From assembly GCA_051362555.1 (NCBI GenBank), contig CM120641.1, positions 16,740,001 to 16,804,000 of the forward strand: a stretch of DNA of 64,000 nt. Direction: 5' to 3'. The stretch comes from Lingula anatina (lineage: Eukaryota; Animalia; Brachiopoda). This document shows positions 1 through 12,935 of the stretch, piece after piece (position 1 is the first letter of the stretch; each line of letters begins with the position of its first letter). The translations under genes were made by a program, and so were the position numbers. The notes under the pieces were generated by a model, which saw only the letters and a program-made list of their open reading frames with translations, searched no databases and was not told where the DNA came from.

Positions 1-976
1 ATTTATGCTGTTTTTTCACTATTTTCAATATAAATGCAACACTGATAACACAATATAAGAAAAACGGATTGGCCAATTGTTATTATACTCACAGGAGTGG
101 TCAATCTTACTAAAACGCAGATTGAGTTCGAAAATAAGCATAATCGGGCCATTACTTAAGAAATTATACTGTTTTTTCACATTTCCTCAGATTCAATTAT
201 TAGGCATGTTAACAGTCTCATTATTTAACTAATAAGATGCCTAAAAGTGTTTGTTTGATATTTCCTGCATCTTTACAACATTGTTAGTTGATTATGTAAA
301 AAACATGGTAAACTTGTTATCATGTATTGTGTAATAAAGTGTCAAAAATGGAAATAAACTCATATCATTGCAGTTTGTCAGATTCAATCATCCACTATGT
401 TCAGAATCTCAGAATGGAGGAAATTGGACATTTAACACTGTTCTATTGATACTTTTCCCATCTCATCAATTTTCTTAGTTGGACATATAAAAATGGCAGT
501 AAAATGTTTATTTTGTTTTATGTTAAAAAAGTGTTAAAAATGGAAATAAACCCATTTCAGAACAGTGCTGTCTTGTTTCAGCATATATGCAGCACCGATA
601 ACACGATAAGTGGAAAACCATTTTACCTTTTCCCTTGAAACTTACAAAACTGATGAATATTCATAATACGCAGGTCAAGTTCGAAAATCAGCATGATTGG
701 GTCATTTTTAGGGAAGTTATGCTGTTTTTCACTTTTTATGTACAGACACAGATGTGTCTGTACATATAGCCATCATCTGCGTCTGTCGTCGCCGTCGCTG
801 TCGCCGTCGTCGCCGTCGCCGTGCACTTTTACCGATAACACGATAAGTGGAAAACTGTTTTTTCTTTTGGCTTGAAACTTACAGAACTGATTAATATTCG
901 TAATACGCAGGTCAAGTTCGAAAATCAGCATGATCGGGTCACTTATAGGGAATTTATGGTGTTTTTTCACTTTTTT

Positions 977-2080
977 CAGCATATATGCAGCACCGATAAC
1001 ACGATAAGTGGAAAACCATGTTACCTTTTGGCTTGAAACTTACAGAACTGATAAATATTCATAATACGCAGGTCAAGTTCAAAAATCAGCATGATTCGAT
1101 TATTGTTAGGGAATTTATGCTGTTTTTTCACTTCTTTCAGCATATATGCAGCACTGATAACACAATAAGTGGAAAACCATGTTACCTTTTGGCTTGAAAC
1201 TTACAAAACTGATGAATATTCATAATACACAGGTCAAGTTCGAAAATCAGCATGATTGGGTCATTTTTAGGGAATTTATGCAGTTTTTTCACTTTTTCCA
1301 GCATATATGCACCACCGATAACACGATAAGTGGAAAACCATTTTACCTTTTCCCTTGAAACTTACAAAACTGATGAATATTCATAATACGCAGGTCAAGT
1401 TCGAAAATCAGCATGATCGGGTCATTTTTAGGGAATTTATGCTGTTTTTTCACTTTTTCAGCATATATGCAACCCCGATAACACCATAAGTGGAAAACTA
1501 ATTTACCTTTTGGCTTGAAAATTGCAGAACTGATAAATATTCATAATACGCAAGTCAAGTTCAAAAATCAGCATGATTCGATTATTGTTAGGGAATTTAT
1601 GCTGTTTTTTCACTTCTTTCAGCATATATGCAGCACTGATAACACAATAAGTGGAAAACCATGTTACCTTTTGGCTTGAAACTTACAAAACTGATGAATA
1701 TTCATAATACACAGGTCAAGTTCGAAAATCAGCATGATTGGGTCATTTTTAGGGAATTTATGCAGTTTTTTCACTTTTTTCAGCATATATGCAGCACCGA
1801 TAACACCATAAGTGGAAAACCAATTTACCTTTTGGCTTGAAAATTGCAGAACTGATAAATATTCATAATACGCAAGTCAAGTTCAAAAATCAGCATGATT
1901 CGATTATTGTTAGGGAATTTATGCTGTTTTTTCACTTCTTTCAGCATATATGCAGCACTGATAGCACAATAAGTGGAAAACTGTTTTTTCATTTGGCTTG
2001 AAACTTACAGAACTAATGAATATTCATAATACGCAGGTCAAGTTTGAAAATCAGCAAGATCGGGCAATTTTTATGGAAGT
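977..2080 (+). repeat. Tandem array of a ~161-bp monomer inside the HINE-like element
   Basis: CAGCATATATGC starts at 977, 1138, 1299, 1459, 1620, 1781 and 1942 (spacing 160-161). Further copies lie at ~5720-6400, ~7090-7550 and ~8780-9270. Confidence 0.95.
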
Positions 2081-5037
2081 TATCCTGTTTTTTTTTTTTG
2101 TTTTTGTTTGTTTGTTTGTTTGTTTTTTGTTTTTTTTTGTTTTTTTTTTTCAATTTTTTCAGCACTTTTATAACACCAATAACATGATAAGTGTAAAAAT
2201 GTTTTTCCTTTTGGAGTGAAATTTACAGAACTGGTGAATATTTATAATACGCAGGTCAAGTTTGAAAATTGGCATGATTGGACTAATTTTACAAAAGTAA
2301 TGCTGTTTTTTTCCCTTTATTCAGCATACATGCAACACTGATAATGCATTTTAAGGAAAACCAATCAGCCTTTTGTCTTGCAACTCACAGGAGTGATCAA
2401 TCTGACCAGTATACAGATCAAGTTTGAAAATAAGCTTGATCAGTTAAGTTTTGATGAAGTTATTAGCCTTTTTGTATATAAGTGGTTTTTCTTCAGATTT
2501 AACTCTTAAGCATGTTAACAGTCTCATTACGGAACTAATTGGATATGTAAAAGTGTTGTTTTAACATTTTCTGCTTCTTAACAATATTGTTAGTTGATTA
2601 TATAAAAATGACGGTAAACCTATTATCGTGCATTGTGTAAAAAAGTATCAAAAATGGAAAGGAACTCATCATTGCAGTTCGTCAGATTCAATCATTCACT
2701 ATGTTCAGAATCTCCAAATGGAGCTAATTGGACATTATAAATTGTTCTATTGATATTTTTCCTATGTCAACAATTTTCCTAGTTGATCATTTAAAAATGA
2801 CAGTTAATTGATTATGGTTTTATGTAAAAAAGGTGTTGAAAATGGAAAGAAAATCATTTCAGTACAGTTATCTCTTGTTAACATTTTGGCATTTTGAAAG
2901 TGTGACCCTAACTTCCATGTCCTTGGAGACCTTTCCATATCACATTTTCTGAATATCCATGATACTTTTATTTTTTTTATAAAAAAATTGATGGTCATTA
3001 TGTTGTTAAGTATTATGTTATATTGCATGAAAGTTAAAGAAAACCCTATTTTGGACACTGCTGCCAGGATAGCGATTAAGGGGAAACCATGTTACTTATG
3101 ATAATCAACCTTACTGAAAAGACTGAAGTGCAGCTTGTGTTGGAAAACCATCGTAATTGTTTTCTGTTTTGAAAGCAATGCAGTACAGTGCTATTTGGTG
3201 CAATAAATGTATATGGATAGTAGGCAGTTAATTCAGGGTTATAAAATAATTTGCTTAATTGATTTTCAAGTTATTTCAGGGTTATAAAATAATTTGCTTA
3301 ATTAATTTCCAAGTGGGCATTAAATGAGATTACATAAACACACATTGAGATTTCATTGTAAAGTCCCATCGGTTTAGCTTTCTTAACTGTGTCACATAAT
3401 TAGGAATCGATGATTATTATGCAGGTAAATGTTATTTAATATGGAAAATAAGTTTACAAAAAAAATTTTGTGTAACGCTTACATTAATGCTAAAGATGAA
3501 TAACAGTGCCTTATTATTCTCAAACTCAATAGGGTTATTCATATCATTTTAGTAATTGTACAGCTAGATTAAAAGTTTGAAAAGCAGCTTTATTGGTATT
3601 TTTTGTTATGTTTTATTTTACATTTTCTTTTAATTTTTTATGCTGTTTTTTCACTTTTTTCAACATATATGCAACATTAATAACACAATATAAGAAAAAC
3701 AGCTTAGCCAATTGTCATTATATTCACAGGAGTGGTCAATCTTACAAAAATGCAGGTTGAGTTCGAAAATCAGCGTTATCGGGCCATTATTTTAGAAGTT
3801 GTACTGTTTTTTCAAATTTCCTCAGATTCAATTCTTAGGCATGTTAACAGTATCTTATTGAACTAATAAGATACGTAAAAGTGTTTGTTTGATATTTCCT
3901 GCATCTTTACAACATTGTTAGTTGATTATGTAAAATTGATGGTAAACTTGTTATCATGTATTGTAATCAAGTGTCCAAAACGGAAATAAACTCATATCAT
4001 TGCAGTTTGTCAGAGTCAATCATCCACATCTGCCATGATGACCATGATGGGAAAACCGTGTTACTTAAGATTGTCAAACTTTCAAAAAAGAAACACAGGA
4101 CTAAAATGCAGCCCGAGTTGGAAAAGCAGTCTAATGGGCTTCTTTTTCTGGAAGTTATACATTTTAGTGAAATATTCATTATCTTTTTGGCATATTCATT
4201 GTGGGACTCGGAGCTCCCATGGACATGAAGCCGGATGGTAATAAAATTTTCTACATGTTCATGCTATTTATAGTCAATAATCAAAAATTGGTGATAATTA
4301 TTCTATAATTTATTATGTAATGTTACATCAAAATTGACAATAATCTTTTTGCACTGCTACTGCAAACATTATGAAAAGAAAACTGTGTTATTTATTATTA
4401 TATTTAACTTAAGAGTATGATTTTTAGGATTGGCATGCAGTTCAAATCAGAAAGCCAGGTCAATTGGGTTATCATTTATTATTGAATTTAATGCAATTTT
4501 GTGTGAAATTTCATTTTGCTCATTCTGGCACTTTCTAAGTATAAACTTGAACTCTGATGGGCCTGAAGCCTTATGCTTTTACTTTCGTCGGTGTTACCTG
4601 TTGTGCAAAATTAAAATTTGATGTTGACTGTGCAGTTAAACATAATGTATTATTGCATCAGAAGTGGTGGTCTCCTATTTTGTGCATTATTGTTTTGTGC
4701 TCTTCTTAAGTTGTGACTTATGGGCCTGAAAGACCTTTGAGAGGGTCAGTCTATAAATTTCCCTTGGGTATCACTTCGCTAATTTCAGTTATAAAGTAAT
4801 TTGCCTAATTGATAGGCTACATAAAGCACACTTGTGATTTGAGATTACATAAAGCACACTTGTTGATATTTCCCTGTAAACTCCCATAGGTTAAGCTCTC
4901 TGCTAGATTAATAATAAGGAAGCAGTGATAATTATGCAGGTAAATTTTGTTTAATATTGCAAATAAGTTTTTAATATATATATATATATCAAACTGAAAG
5001 ATTAAAAGTTTGAATAGCAGCTTCATTGGAATTATAT

Positions 5038-5222
5038 TTACCTCTGCCAAGGAGGTTATATTTTCACCCCTGTTTGTCATCAACATAACTCAAAAAGTTA
5101 TGGACCGATTTTGCTGAAATTTTCAGGAACTGTCAGAAGTGGGCCAAAGAGGACAAAAATCAATAATAATCAACAATTGCTACCTTGGCAGAGGTCTGCA
5201 CTCTCGGAGTGCTTTTCTAGTT
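5038..5222 (+). mobile_element. Short HINE-like MITE of a different family nested in the large element
   Basis: Starts TTACCTCTGCCAAGGAGG and ends CCTTGGCAGAGG-TCTGCACTCTCGGAGTGC-TTTTCTAGTT (inverted subterminal repeat plus hairpin). The uninterrupted host sequence is visible at ~3585-3612. Confidence 0.7.
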
Positions 5223-7003
5223 TTGTTATGTTTTCCTTTATAATTTTTTCTCAAATACTTGCATTTGTGACTTTTAACTCTCATCCGCCTGAGACTCTGA
5301 CATTTCTGTATTTCCACATAAGCAGTTGTATTGTTTTTTATGTCTTTAAACATTATGTTACTTATGTAATATTATTTTATGCACTGTCATCATTTTTCAA
5401 ATATTTAGACTTTCATCATGTGAATTTGAACTCTCATGGTCCTGAAACTGTAATCTTATTGAAAGGGTAGATTGAGACCATCTTCTGGGACTTCCGGAAG
5501 ACAGTCAGGTTATTAAGTTTATATTGCCTGGTATCTATTTTTTCTTCTGTTGGAAGACCATCAAAATGGAGGATGGATCAAAATAGATACTTTGGAATAC
5601 TGTCAGAGAATATCTCTGGGTCCGCTCATGTTATTGACCATTTTACCTGACAAAATGACCTTTTTTGCATCTTTATTTTCTGTTTTTTGTCTGTACATTT
5701 GACAGCTTTGCTGCCTTGTTTCACCATATATGCAACACTGATAACGTGATAAGTGAAAAATCATTTTACCTTTTGGCTTTAAACTTGCAGAACTAATGAA
5801 TATTCATATTACGCAGGTCAAGTTTGAAAATCAGCATGATCGGGTCATTTTTAGGGTAGTTATGCTGTTTTTTCACTTTTTTTCAGCATATATGCAGCAC
5901 CGATAACACGATAAGTGGAAAACCATTTTACCTTTTGACTTGAAACTTACAGAACTGATGAATATTCATAATACGCAGGTCAAGTTCGAAAATCAGCATG
6001 ATCGGGTCACTTATAGGGAATTTATGCTGTTTTTTTTCACTTTTTTCAGCATATATGCAGCACCGATAACAAGTTAAGTGGAAAACCATTTTACCTTTGG
6101 GCTTGAAAGTTACAGAACTGATGAATATTCATAATACGCAGGTCAAGTTCGAAAATCAGAGTGATTGGGCCATATTTGTAGAAGTTGTGCTATTTTTTCA
6201 TTTTTTTCAGCATAAATGCAACACCGATAACACGATAAGTGAAAAACCGTTTTACCTTTTGGCTTGAAACTTACTAAAATGATGAATATTCATAATACGC
6301 AGGTCAAGTTCGAAAATCAGCATGATCGGGTCACTTTTATGGAAGTTATGCTGTTTTTTCACTTTTTTCAGCATATGTGCAACACTGATAACACATTTCA
6401 AGGAAAATCAATTGGCCAATCGTCTTGAAATTTACAGGGGTGATCAGATTTACTAAAATACAGATGAGGTTTGAAAATAAGCTTGATCGGTTCAGTTTTG
6501 GTGAAATTGTGCCTTTTTTTTGTATATAAGTCTTTTTTCCTCGGATTTAATTCATAGGCATGTTAAGAATCTCATTTGTGAACTAATTAGTAATGTAAAG
6601 GTGTTCTTTTGACATTTTCTGCATCTTAACAATATTGTTAGTTGATTATATAAAAATGATGGTAAACCTGTTATTGTGCATTGTGTAATAAAGTGTCAAA
6701 AATGGAAATAAACTCATATCTTTACAGTTTGTCAGATTCAACCATTCACCATGTTCAGAATCTCAGAATGGAACAAATTGGACATTTAAAATTGTTCTAT
6801 TGATATTTTTCCTATGTCAACAACTTTCTTAGTTGATCATTTAAAAACGACAGTAAATTGATTATTTTGATATATATATATGTAAAAAAAAGTGTTGAAA
6901 GTGGAAAGAAATTCATTTCAGTACAGTTATCTCTTGTGTACATTTTGGCATTTTGAAGTTGTGACTCTGAACTTCCATGGCCCTGAAGACCTTTCCATAT
7001 CAA

Positions 7004-8775
7004 TTTTTATGTACAGACACAGATGTGTCTGTACATATTGCCATCACCTGCGTCTGTCGTCGCCATCGCCGTCGGCGCCGTGCACTTTCCTTGTAAACAT
7101 GATAAGTGGAGGGCAGTTTTACTTTTTGGCTTTATATTTACAGAGCTGATGAATATTCATAAAACGCAGGTCAAGTTCGAAAATCAGCATAATCGGGCCA
7201 TTATTGTAGAAGTTATGCTGTTTTTTCACTTTTCAGCATATATGCAACCCTGTAAACACATTTTAAGGAAAACCGTTAGGCCTGTTGTCATGAAACTCAC
7301 AGGAGTAATCAATCTTACTAAAACGCAGGTCAAGTTCGAAAATCAGCATGATCGGACCACTATTTTAGTAGTTATACTGTTTTTTCATTTTTCAGCATAT
7401 ATGCAACACTGTAAACACAATATAAGAAAAAAAGATTGGCCAATTGTCATTTAACTCACAGGAATGGTCAATCTTACTAAAACGCAGGTTGAGTTCGAAA
7501 ATCAGCATAATCGGGGCATTATTTTAGAAGTTATGTTGTTTTTTTCACATTTCCTCAGATTCAATTCTTAGGCATTTTAACAGTCTCATTATTAGACTAA
7601 TAAGATACGTAAAAGTGTTTGTTTGACATTTCCTGCATCTTTACAACATTGTTAGTTGATTATGTAAAAATGATGGTAAACTTGTTATCGTGTATTGTGT
7701 AATAAAGTTTCAAAAATGGAAATAAACTCATATCATTGCAGTTTGTCAGATTCAATCATTCACTATGTTCAGAATCTCAGAATGGAAGAAATTGGACATT
7801 TGACACTGCTCTATTGATATTTTTCCCATCTCATCAATTTTCTTAGTTGATCATATAAAAACGGCAGTAAACTGTTAATTTTGTTTTATGTTAAAAATTG
7901 TTAAAAATGGGAAAAAAACATTTCAGAACAGTGCTGTCTTGTTTACATTTTGGCATTTTCAAGTTGTGACTTTGAAGTTCCATGGGCCTGAAGACCTTTG
8001 CTCGTCACATTTTCTGAATATCCATAATACTTATATTTTATTATTAAAATTGATGGTCATTATGCTGTTAAACATTATGTAATATTGCATCAAAATTTGA
8101 AAAAAAAACTATTTCGGGCACTGCTCCCATGATGACCATTTAAGAAAAACCATGTCACTGTTCTCAAACTTACAGGAAAGAAACATGGGACTAAAATACA
8201 GCTTCAGTAGGCAATGCAATCTGTTTGGTAATTCTTACTGCCAATAAAACAGTTTTTTTGTGAAAATTTAATTTTTCACTTATTGGCATTTTCAAGGTGT
8301 GACTTTGAAGTTCCACGGGCTTGAAGACCCATGCTAGTCACATTTTCTGAAAATCCATGATACGTATATTTTATTATCAAAAATTGACGGTCATTATGCT
8401 GTTAACCATTATGTAATATGGCATCAGAATAGAAGAAAACACAATTTTGGGTGCTGCTGCCATGATGACCATTATGGGAAATCCATGTTACTTATGATTG
8501 CCAAATTTTCAAAAAAGAAATACCGGACTAAAATGCAGCCTGAGTTGGAAAAACAGTCTAAATGGCTTCTTTTTCTGGAAGTTATACATTTTCAAAGTGT
8601 GAACTTGTTACACATTTTACTTATATTGGTATTACCTGTAGAGCATAATTAAAATTTGATGTTGAACTTGCAGTGTAACATAATGTACTTTTGCATCAGA
8701 ATTGACAGTAGCCTATTTTGAGCATAGTTATTTCCTGTTTTTTGTCTGTACATTTGACAGCTTTGCTGCCTTGTT
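7004..8775 (+). mobile_element. Second HINE-like copy (5' hairpin to 3' hairpin)
   Basis: Same termini as the 733-5720 copy. The flanks do not rejoin cleanly, so pairing of these two ends is less certain. Confidence 0.55.
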
Positions 8776-11046
8776 TCACTTTTTTCAGCATATATGCAGC
8801 ACCGATAACACGATAAGTGGAAAACCATTTTACCTTTTGACTTGAAACTTATAGAACTGATGAATATTCATAATACGCAGGTCAAGTTCGAAAATCAGCA
8901 TGATTGGGTCACTTTTAGGTAATTTATGCTGTTTTTTCACTTTTTTCAGCATATATGCAGCACCGATAACACGATAAGTGGAAAACCATTTTACCTTTTG
9001 ACTTGAAACTTACAGAACTGATGAATATTCATAATACGCAGGTCAAGTTCGAAAATCAGCATGATTGGGCTATTTTGAGGGAATTTATGCTGTTTTTTCA
9101 CTAGTTTCAATATAAATGCAACACTGATAACACAATATAAGAAAAACGGATTGGCCAATTGTAATTATACTCACAGGAGTGGTCAATCTTACTAAAACGC
9201 AGGTTGAGTTCGAAAATCAGCATAATCGGGCCATTATTTTAGAAGTTATACTGTTTTTTTCACATTTCCTCAGATTCAATTCTTAAGCATGTTAACAGTC
9301 TCATTATTTAACTAATAAGATGCCTAAAAGTGTTTGTTTGATATTTCCTGCATCTTTACAACATTGTTAGTTGATTATGTAAAAAACATGGTAAACTTGT
9401 TATCATGTATTGTGTAATAAAGTGTCAAAAATGGAAATAAACTCATATCATTGCAGTTTGTCAGATTCAATCATCCACTATGTTCAGAATCTCAGAATGG
9501 AGGAAATTGGACATTTAACACTGTTCTATTGATACTTTTCCCATTTCATCAATTTTTTTAGTTGGTCATATAAAAATGGCAGTAAAATGTTTATTTTGTT
9601 TTATGTTAAAAAAGTGTTAAAAATGGAAATAAACCCATTTCAGAACAGTGCTGTCTTGTTTACATTTTGGAATTTTCAAGGCGTGACTTTGAAGTTCCAT
9701 GGGCCTGAAGACCTTTGCTAGTCACATTTTCTGAGTATCTGTGATACAAATATTTTATAATTAAAAATTGATGGTCATTAAGCTGTTAAACATTATGTAA
9801 TATTGCATCAAAATTTGAAGAAACCCCTATTTTGGGCACTGCTTCCATGATGACCATTTAAGGAAAATCATGTTACTTACTGTTCTCAAACTTACAGGAA
9901 AGAAACATGGGACTAAAATACAGCTTCAGTAGGCAATGCAGTCTGTTTGGTATTTTTTTTTTGGCAGTTAAACAGTTTTTTGTGAAAATTTAATTTTTCA
10001 CATATTGGCATTTTCAAGGTGTGACTTTAAAGTTCCATGATCTTGAAAACTTTTGCTTGTCACATTTTCTGAATGTCCATGTTACTAATATTTTATTAAT
10101 AACATTTGATTGTCATTATGCTGTTAAACATTATTTAATGTTGTATCAAAATTTGAAGAAACCCCTATTTTGGGCACTGCTCCTATGATGACCATTTAAG
10201 GGAAATCATGTCACTTACTGTTCTCAAACTTATAGGAAAGAAACATGGGACTAAAAAACAGCTTCAATAGGCAACGCAGTCTGTTTGGTAAATTTTTCTG
10301 GCAATTTAACAGTTTTTTGTGAAAATTTAATTTTTCACTTATTTGCATCTTTATTTTCTGTTCTTTGTCTGTACATTTGACAGCTTTGCTGCCTTGTTTG
10401 AACTATTAATGAAGTAGCGGAAAAACGGTTTATCAGGAGTGTTATTCTAATTATAAGAGAATTATATATTTCTAGTCATAGATTACAACCTTGCATATTG
10501 GATGTAGTTGCCTTTTGCTACGAATATTATGTAGTATAGTAATGAATAATATATAGGATTATATCATATAATAAAATACAGGACCCACACTTTTTTGGTA
10601 TGAACTATTCTTTGATTTTTGCAATAGAAACTTGTTGAGAATGTTCTCCGATACAGGCCGTCCACTTTTGAGGTTTCTGCTAATGGTAGATTCCTCTGTT
10701 TCCGTCTCAGATACTTTTGTCATTGAATATTTTATCGTGCAGATTGTATTTAATTTGTAAGTTATTGTATCTCTCCTGTGTGGTTTGTTCATGAGCAGTA
10801 CACTTCTTGTTTGCATTAAATATTGACAGAGATCTTGCACTTATAAGGTTTCTCATCTGTGTTAATTCTTTGTGACAAGAGACTAGCTAGCATGTTGCAG
10901 ATATGAGGCTTCCAAGGAGGCCACCATCTTCCGAGCATATTACGCAGACCACTGTGTTGTTTTCCTCCTTTTACTTAGTTTCTGAATCTACACAGCTTTA
11001 TGTCAGTAATGAACATTTGAAGTTTGCTTTGTATGGTACTTCTGTC

Positions 11047-11084
<38 letters not shown>

Positions 11085-12935
11085 TGTAACAGCATTTCAG
11101 ATACAGTAACTTGGCTTTTCGTTCATCTGTTTGACATTTCCCTTACGGTTATACCTTTGCGTTCTCGAGTGTTTATTGAATCTGTAACCGATACTGCAAA
11201 ATATATGGAAACCGTTTTGTTCTGTGTGTCAATTAATTAGGCTACAGTAACGTTTTTCTCACTAATTTATGAAATCGTAGGACAGGAAGTCTACGATAAA
11301 TCTATTTTTGAACATCGTGTTGCTATAATAACATACTATATGTAGAACATTTTGTAATCCAGAATTTGTTTTGGTTTATAAGATTGAACGTAAATTAACA
11401 ATAGACTCTCTGATAGATTACTGGCCTTTCTCTCATGACGTCCCCAGGGGCCAAGGACTTGTCACTCAATCACCAGGGTTCGCTGTGTACGGATGTCCAT
11501 GAAATATGTATATATTGATTTCAGGCTCACTCAATGGCGGAACCAGGGGAGGGCCCTGAGTGAATAGCAAGATAGACACTTCGCACGACCTATTTCGGCA
11601 TATCATGTACACAAATAGGTTGTGCTTCCCTCGATCAGGTTTCCCGCTGTGCGGTTCATTTTGTGTGCCCTGTCTAGCATTCTCGTTTAAACTAAAAAAT
11701 TATGCTATCTTTGCGTCAGTACCAAGAAATACGTTTTCAAAAACGCGCGAAAAGTGTCATCGTTTCGGACAATTAACAGCTGAGTAAAATTAGACTACTA
11801 CATGTCTGACATGCAAAACTTGGACAGATACAGCCACTACCAGCCGGGGTTAAGCCGAGGTAAAGGTTGATATAGGCGGTCGCTTGCGATCACTTTGCAA
11901 GCCAGTGTTCTATGGTACTCATAACAGTAATGATACTTTTGATTACTTCCGTGACTGTCAAAGTTACATGTATGTAAATGTTGGGTTTATAGCCTGAAAT
12001 ATAAATATATATAAATCTAAATATACATAAAAATATATTTGGCTTACAGAGAAACGAGTTCAGTCAGTTTCAGAATTTATGCCTGGTCTTTTTAGACCTG
12101 TGCCATCCTGAAACCGTTTGGCCTCCGTGGGGAAAGCTAACGAGTGGCAACTATAAAGAGGCATGTCCACAGAAAAAGTAATGCAGGTGGCAAGGCCCTG
12201 CTTACATTTTCACGTCTTTAACATTATCCCTCCCTCCCAACCCCTCCTACCTAAGTATGTTGATAGAAAATGCCAACTTTGTTTCTCCGTGGATGCTCAA
12301 CATTTATCTCTGAAAGTCGAAATGCGATTCTACGTGTCTGTTGTACTGTACACTCGAGTGTATTATTTATTCATACCCAAACTACAAAAATAAAGTATGG
12401 CTCGGTATACTACATAGTCACGTAGACGTCACGAGAACAATTCATGGCTGATAAAAAAAGATAACTGAAGTGTGCTGGAGAAAGTTACAGCTGTTACAGA
12501 CCGAACCACGTGTATTTTAACGTGCGTCTGGAGTAATGTGGTTAATACTACCACATATGATATATAAATATATATAAATCTAAATTTACATAAATATATA
12601 TTTGACTTACAAAACTGTAACAAATGACAATAGTAAAACTACTGCAGACATAATATCTGCTAATAGGAAGTTGAATGTTTCAGATAGTTCATATGTATAC
12701 ACTGTATATATATATGCTTGAAGTTTGGTAACATGCGTACTTCTGCGGTACTTAAGATAATATTTTCCAAGTCAAAAATTTTTTAGAGTTCCAAAACTTT
12801 ACATTATATATTTCTAATCGTAACATATGTTTATCTTAATCGGTATTGTTATCATTCAAACGGCTCTCATTTTTGTTCGGGATTGAACCCTCAGCTAACC
12901 GCAAGTTTTCTCAACGTACCAAATAACGTGATTTA

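Larger units (their letters stand above)
733..5720 (+). mobile_element. HINE-like copy inserted in the T-run of a host 161-bp monomer
   Basis: The left flank GCTGTTTTTCACTTTTT and right flank TCACCATATATGCAACACTGATAAC rejoin into one monomer. No TSD; T-rich target site. Confidence 0.7.
1..10399 (+). mobile_element. Nested cluster of non-autonomous Helentron-associated (HINE/DINE-like) elements with internal tandem arrays
   Basis: Two 5' ends (poly-T, hairpin ATGTACAGACACA-GA-TGTGTCTGTACAT, then a GTCGCC-rich microsatellite) at ~733 and ~7004. Three near-identical 3' ends (TTTGTCTGTACATTTGACAGCTTTGCTGCCTTGTT: subterminal repeat, short hairpin, TT) at ~5720, ~8775 and ~10399. Positions 1-578 are nearly identical to 9083-9661. 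Confidence 0.75.

Noticed and set aside
579-2300. Regular repeats as a possible CRISPR array
   Set aside because: Whole ~161-bp monomers repeat with no unique spacers, there are no cas genes, and the context is eukaryotic.
693-8082. Short ORFs in the repeat block (e.g. 7023-7454, 143 aa)
   Set aside because: They are translations of satellite monomers and microsatellites, with no domain signal.
11999-12612. Two ~50-bp AT-rich similar segments (~11999-12048 and ~12560-12610)
   Set aside because: Low-complexity local duplication with no evidence of function.
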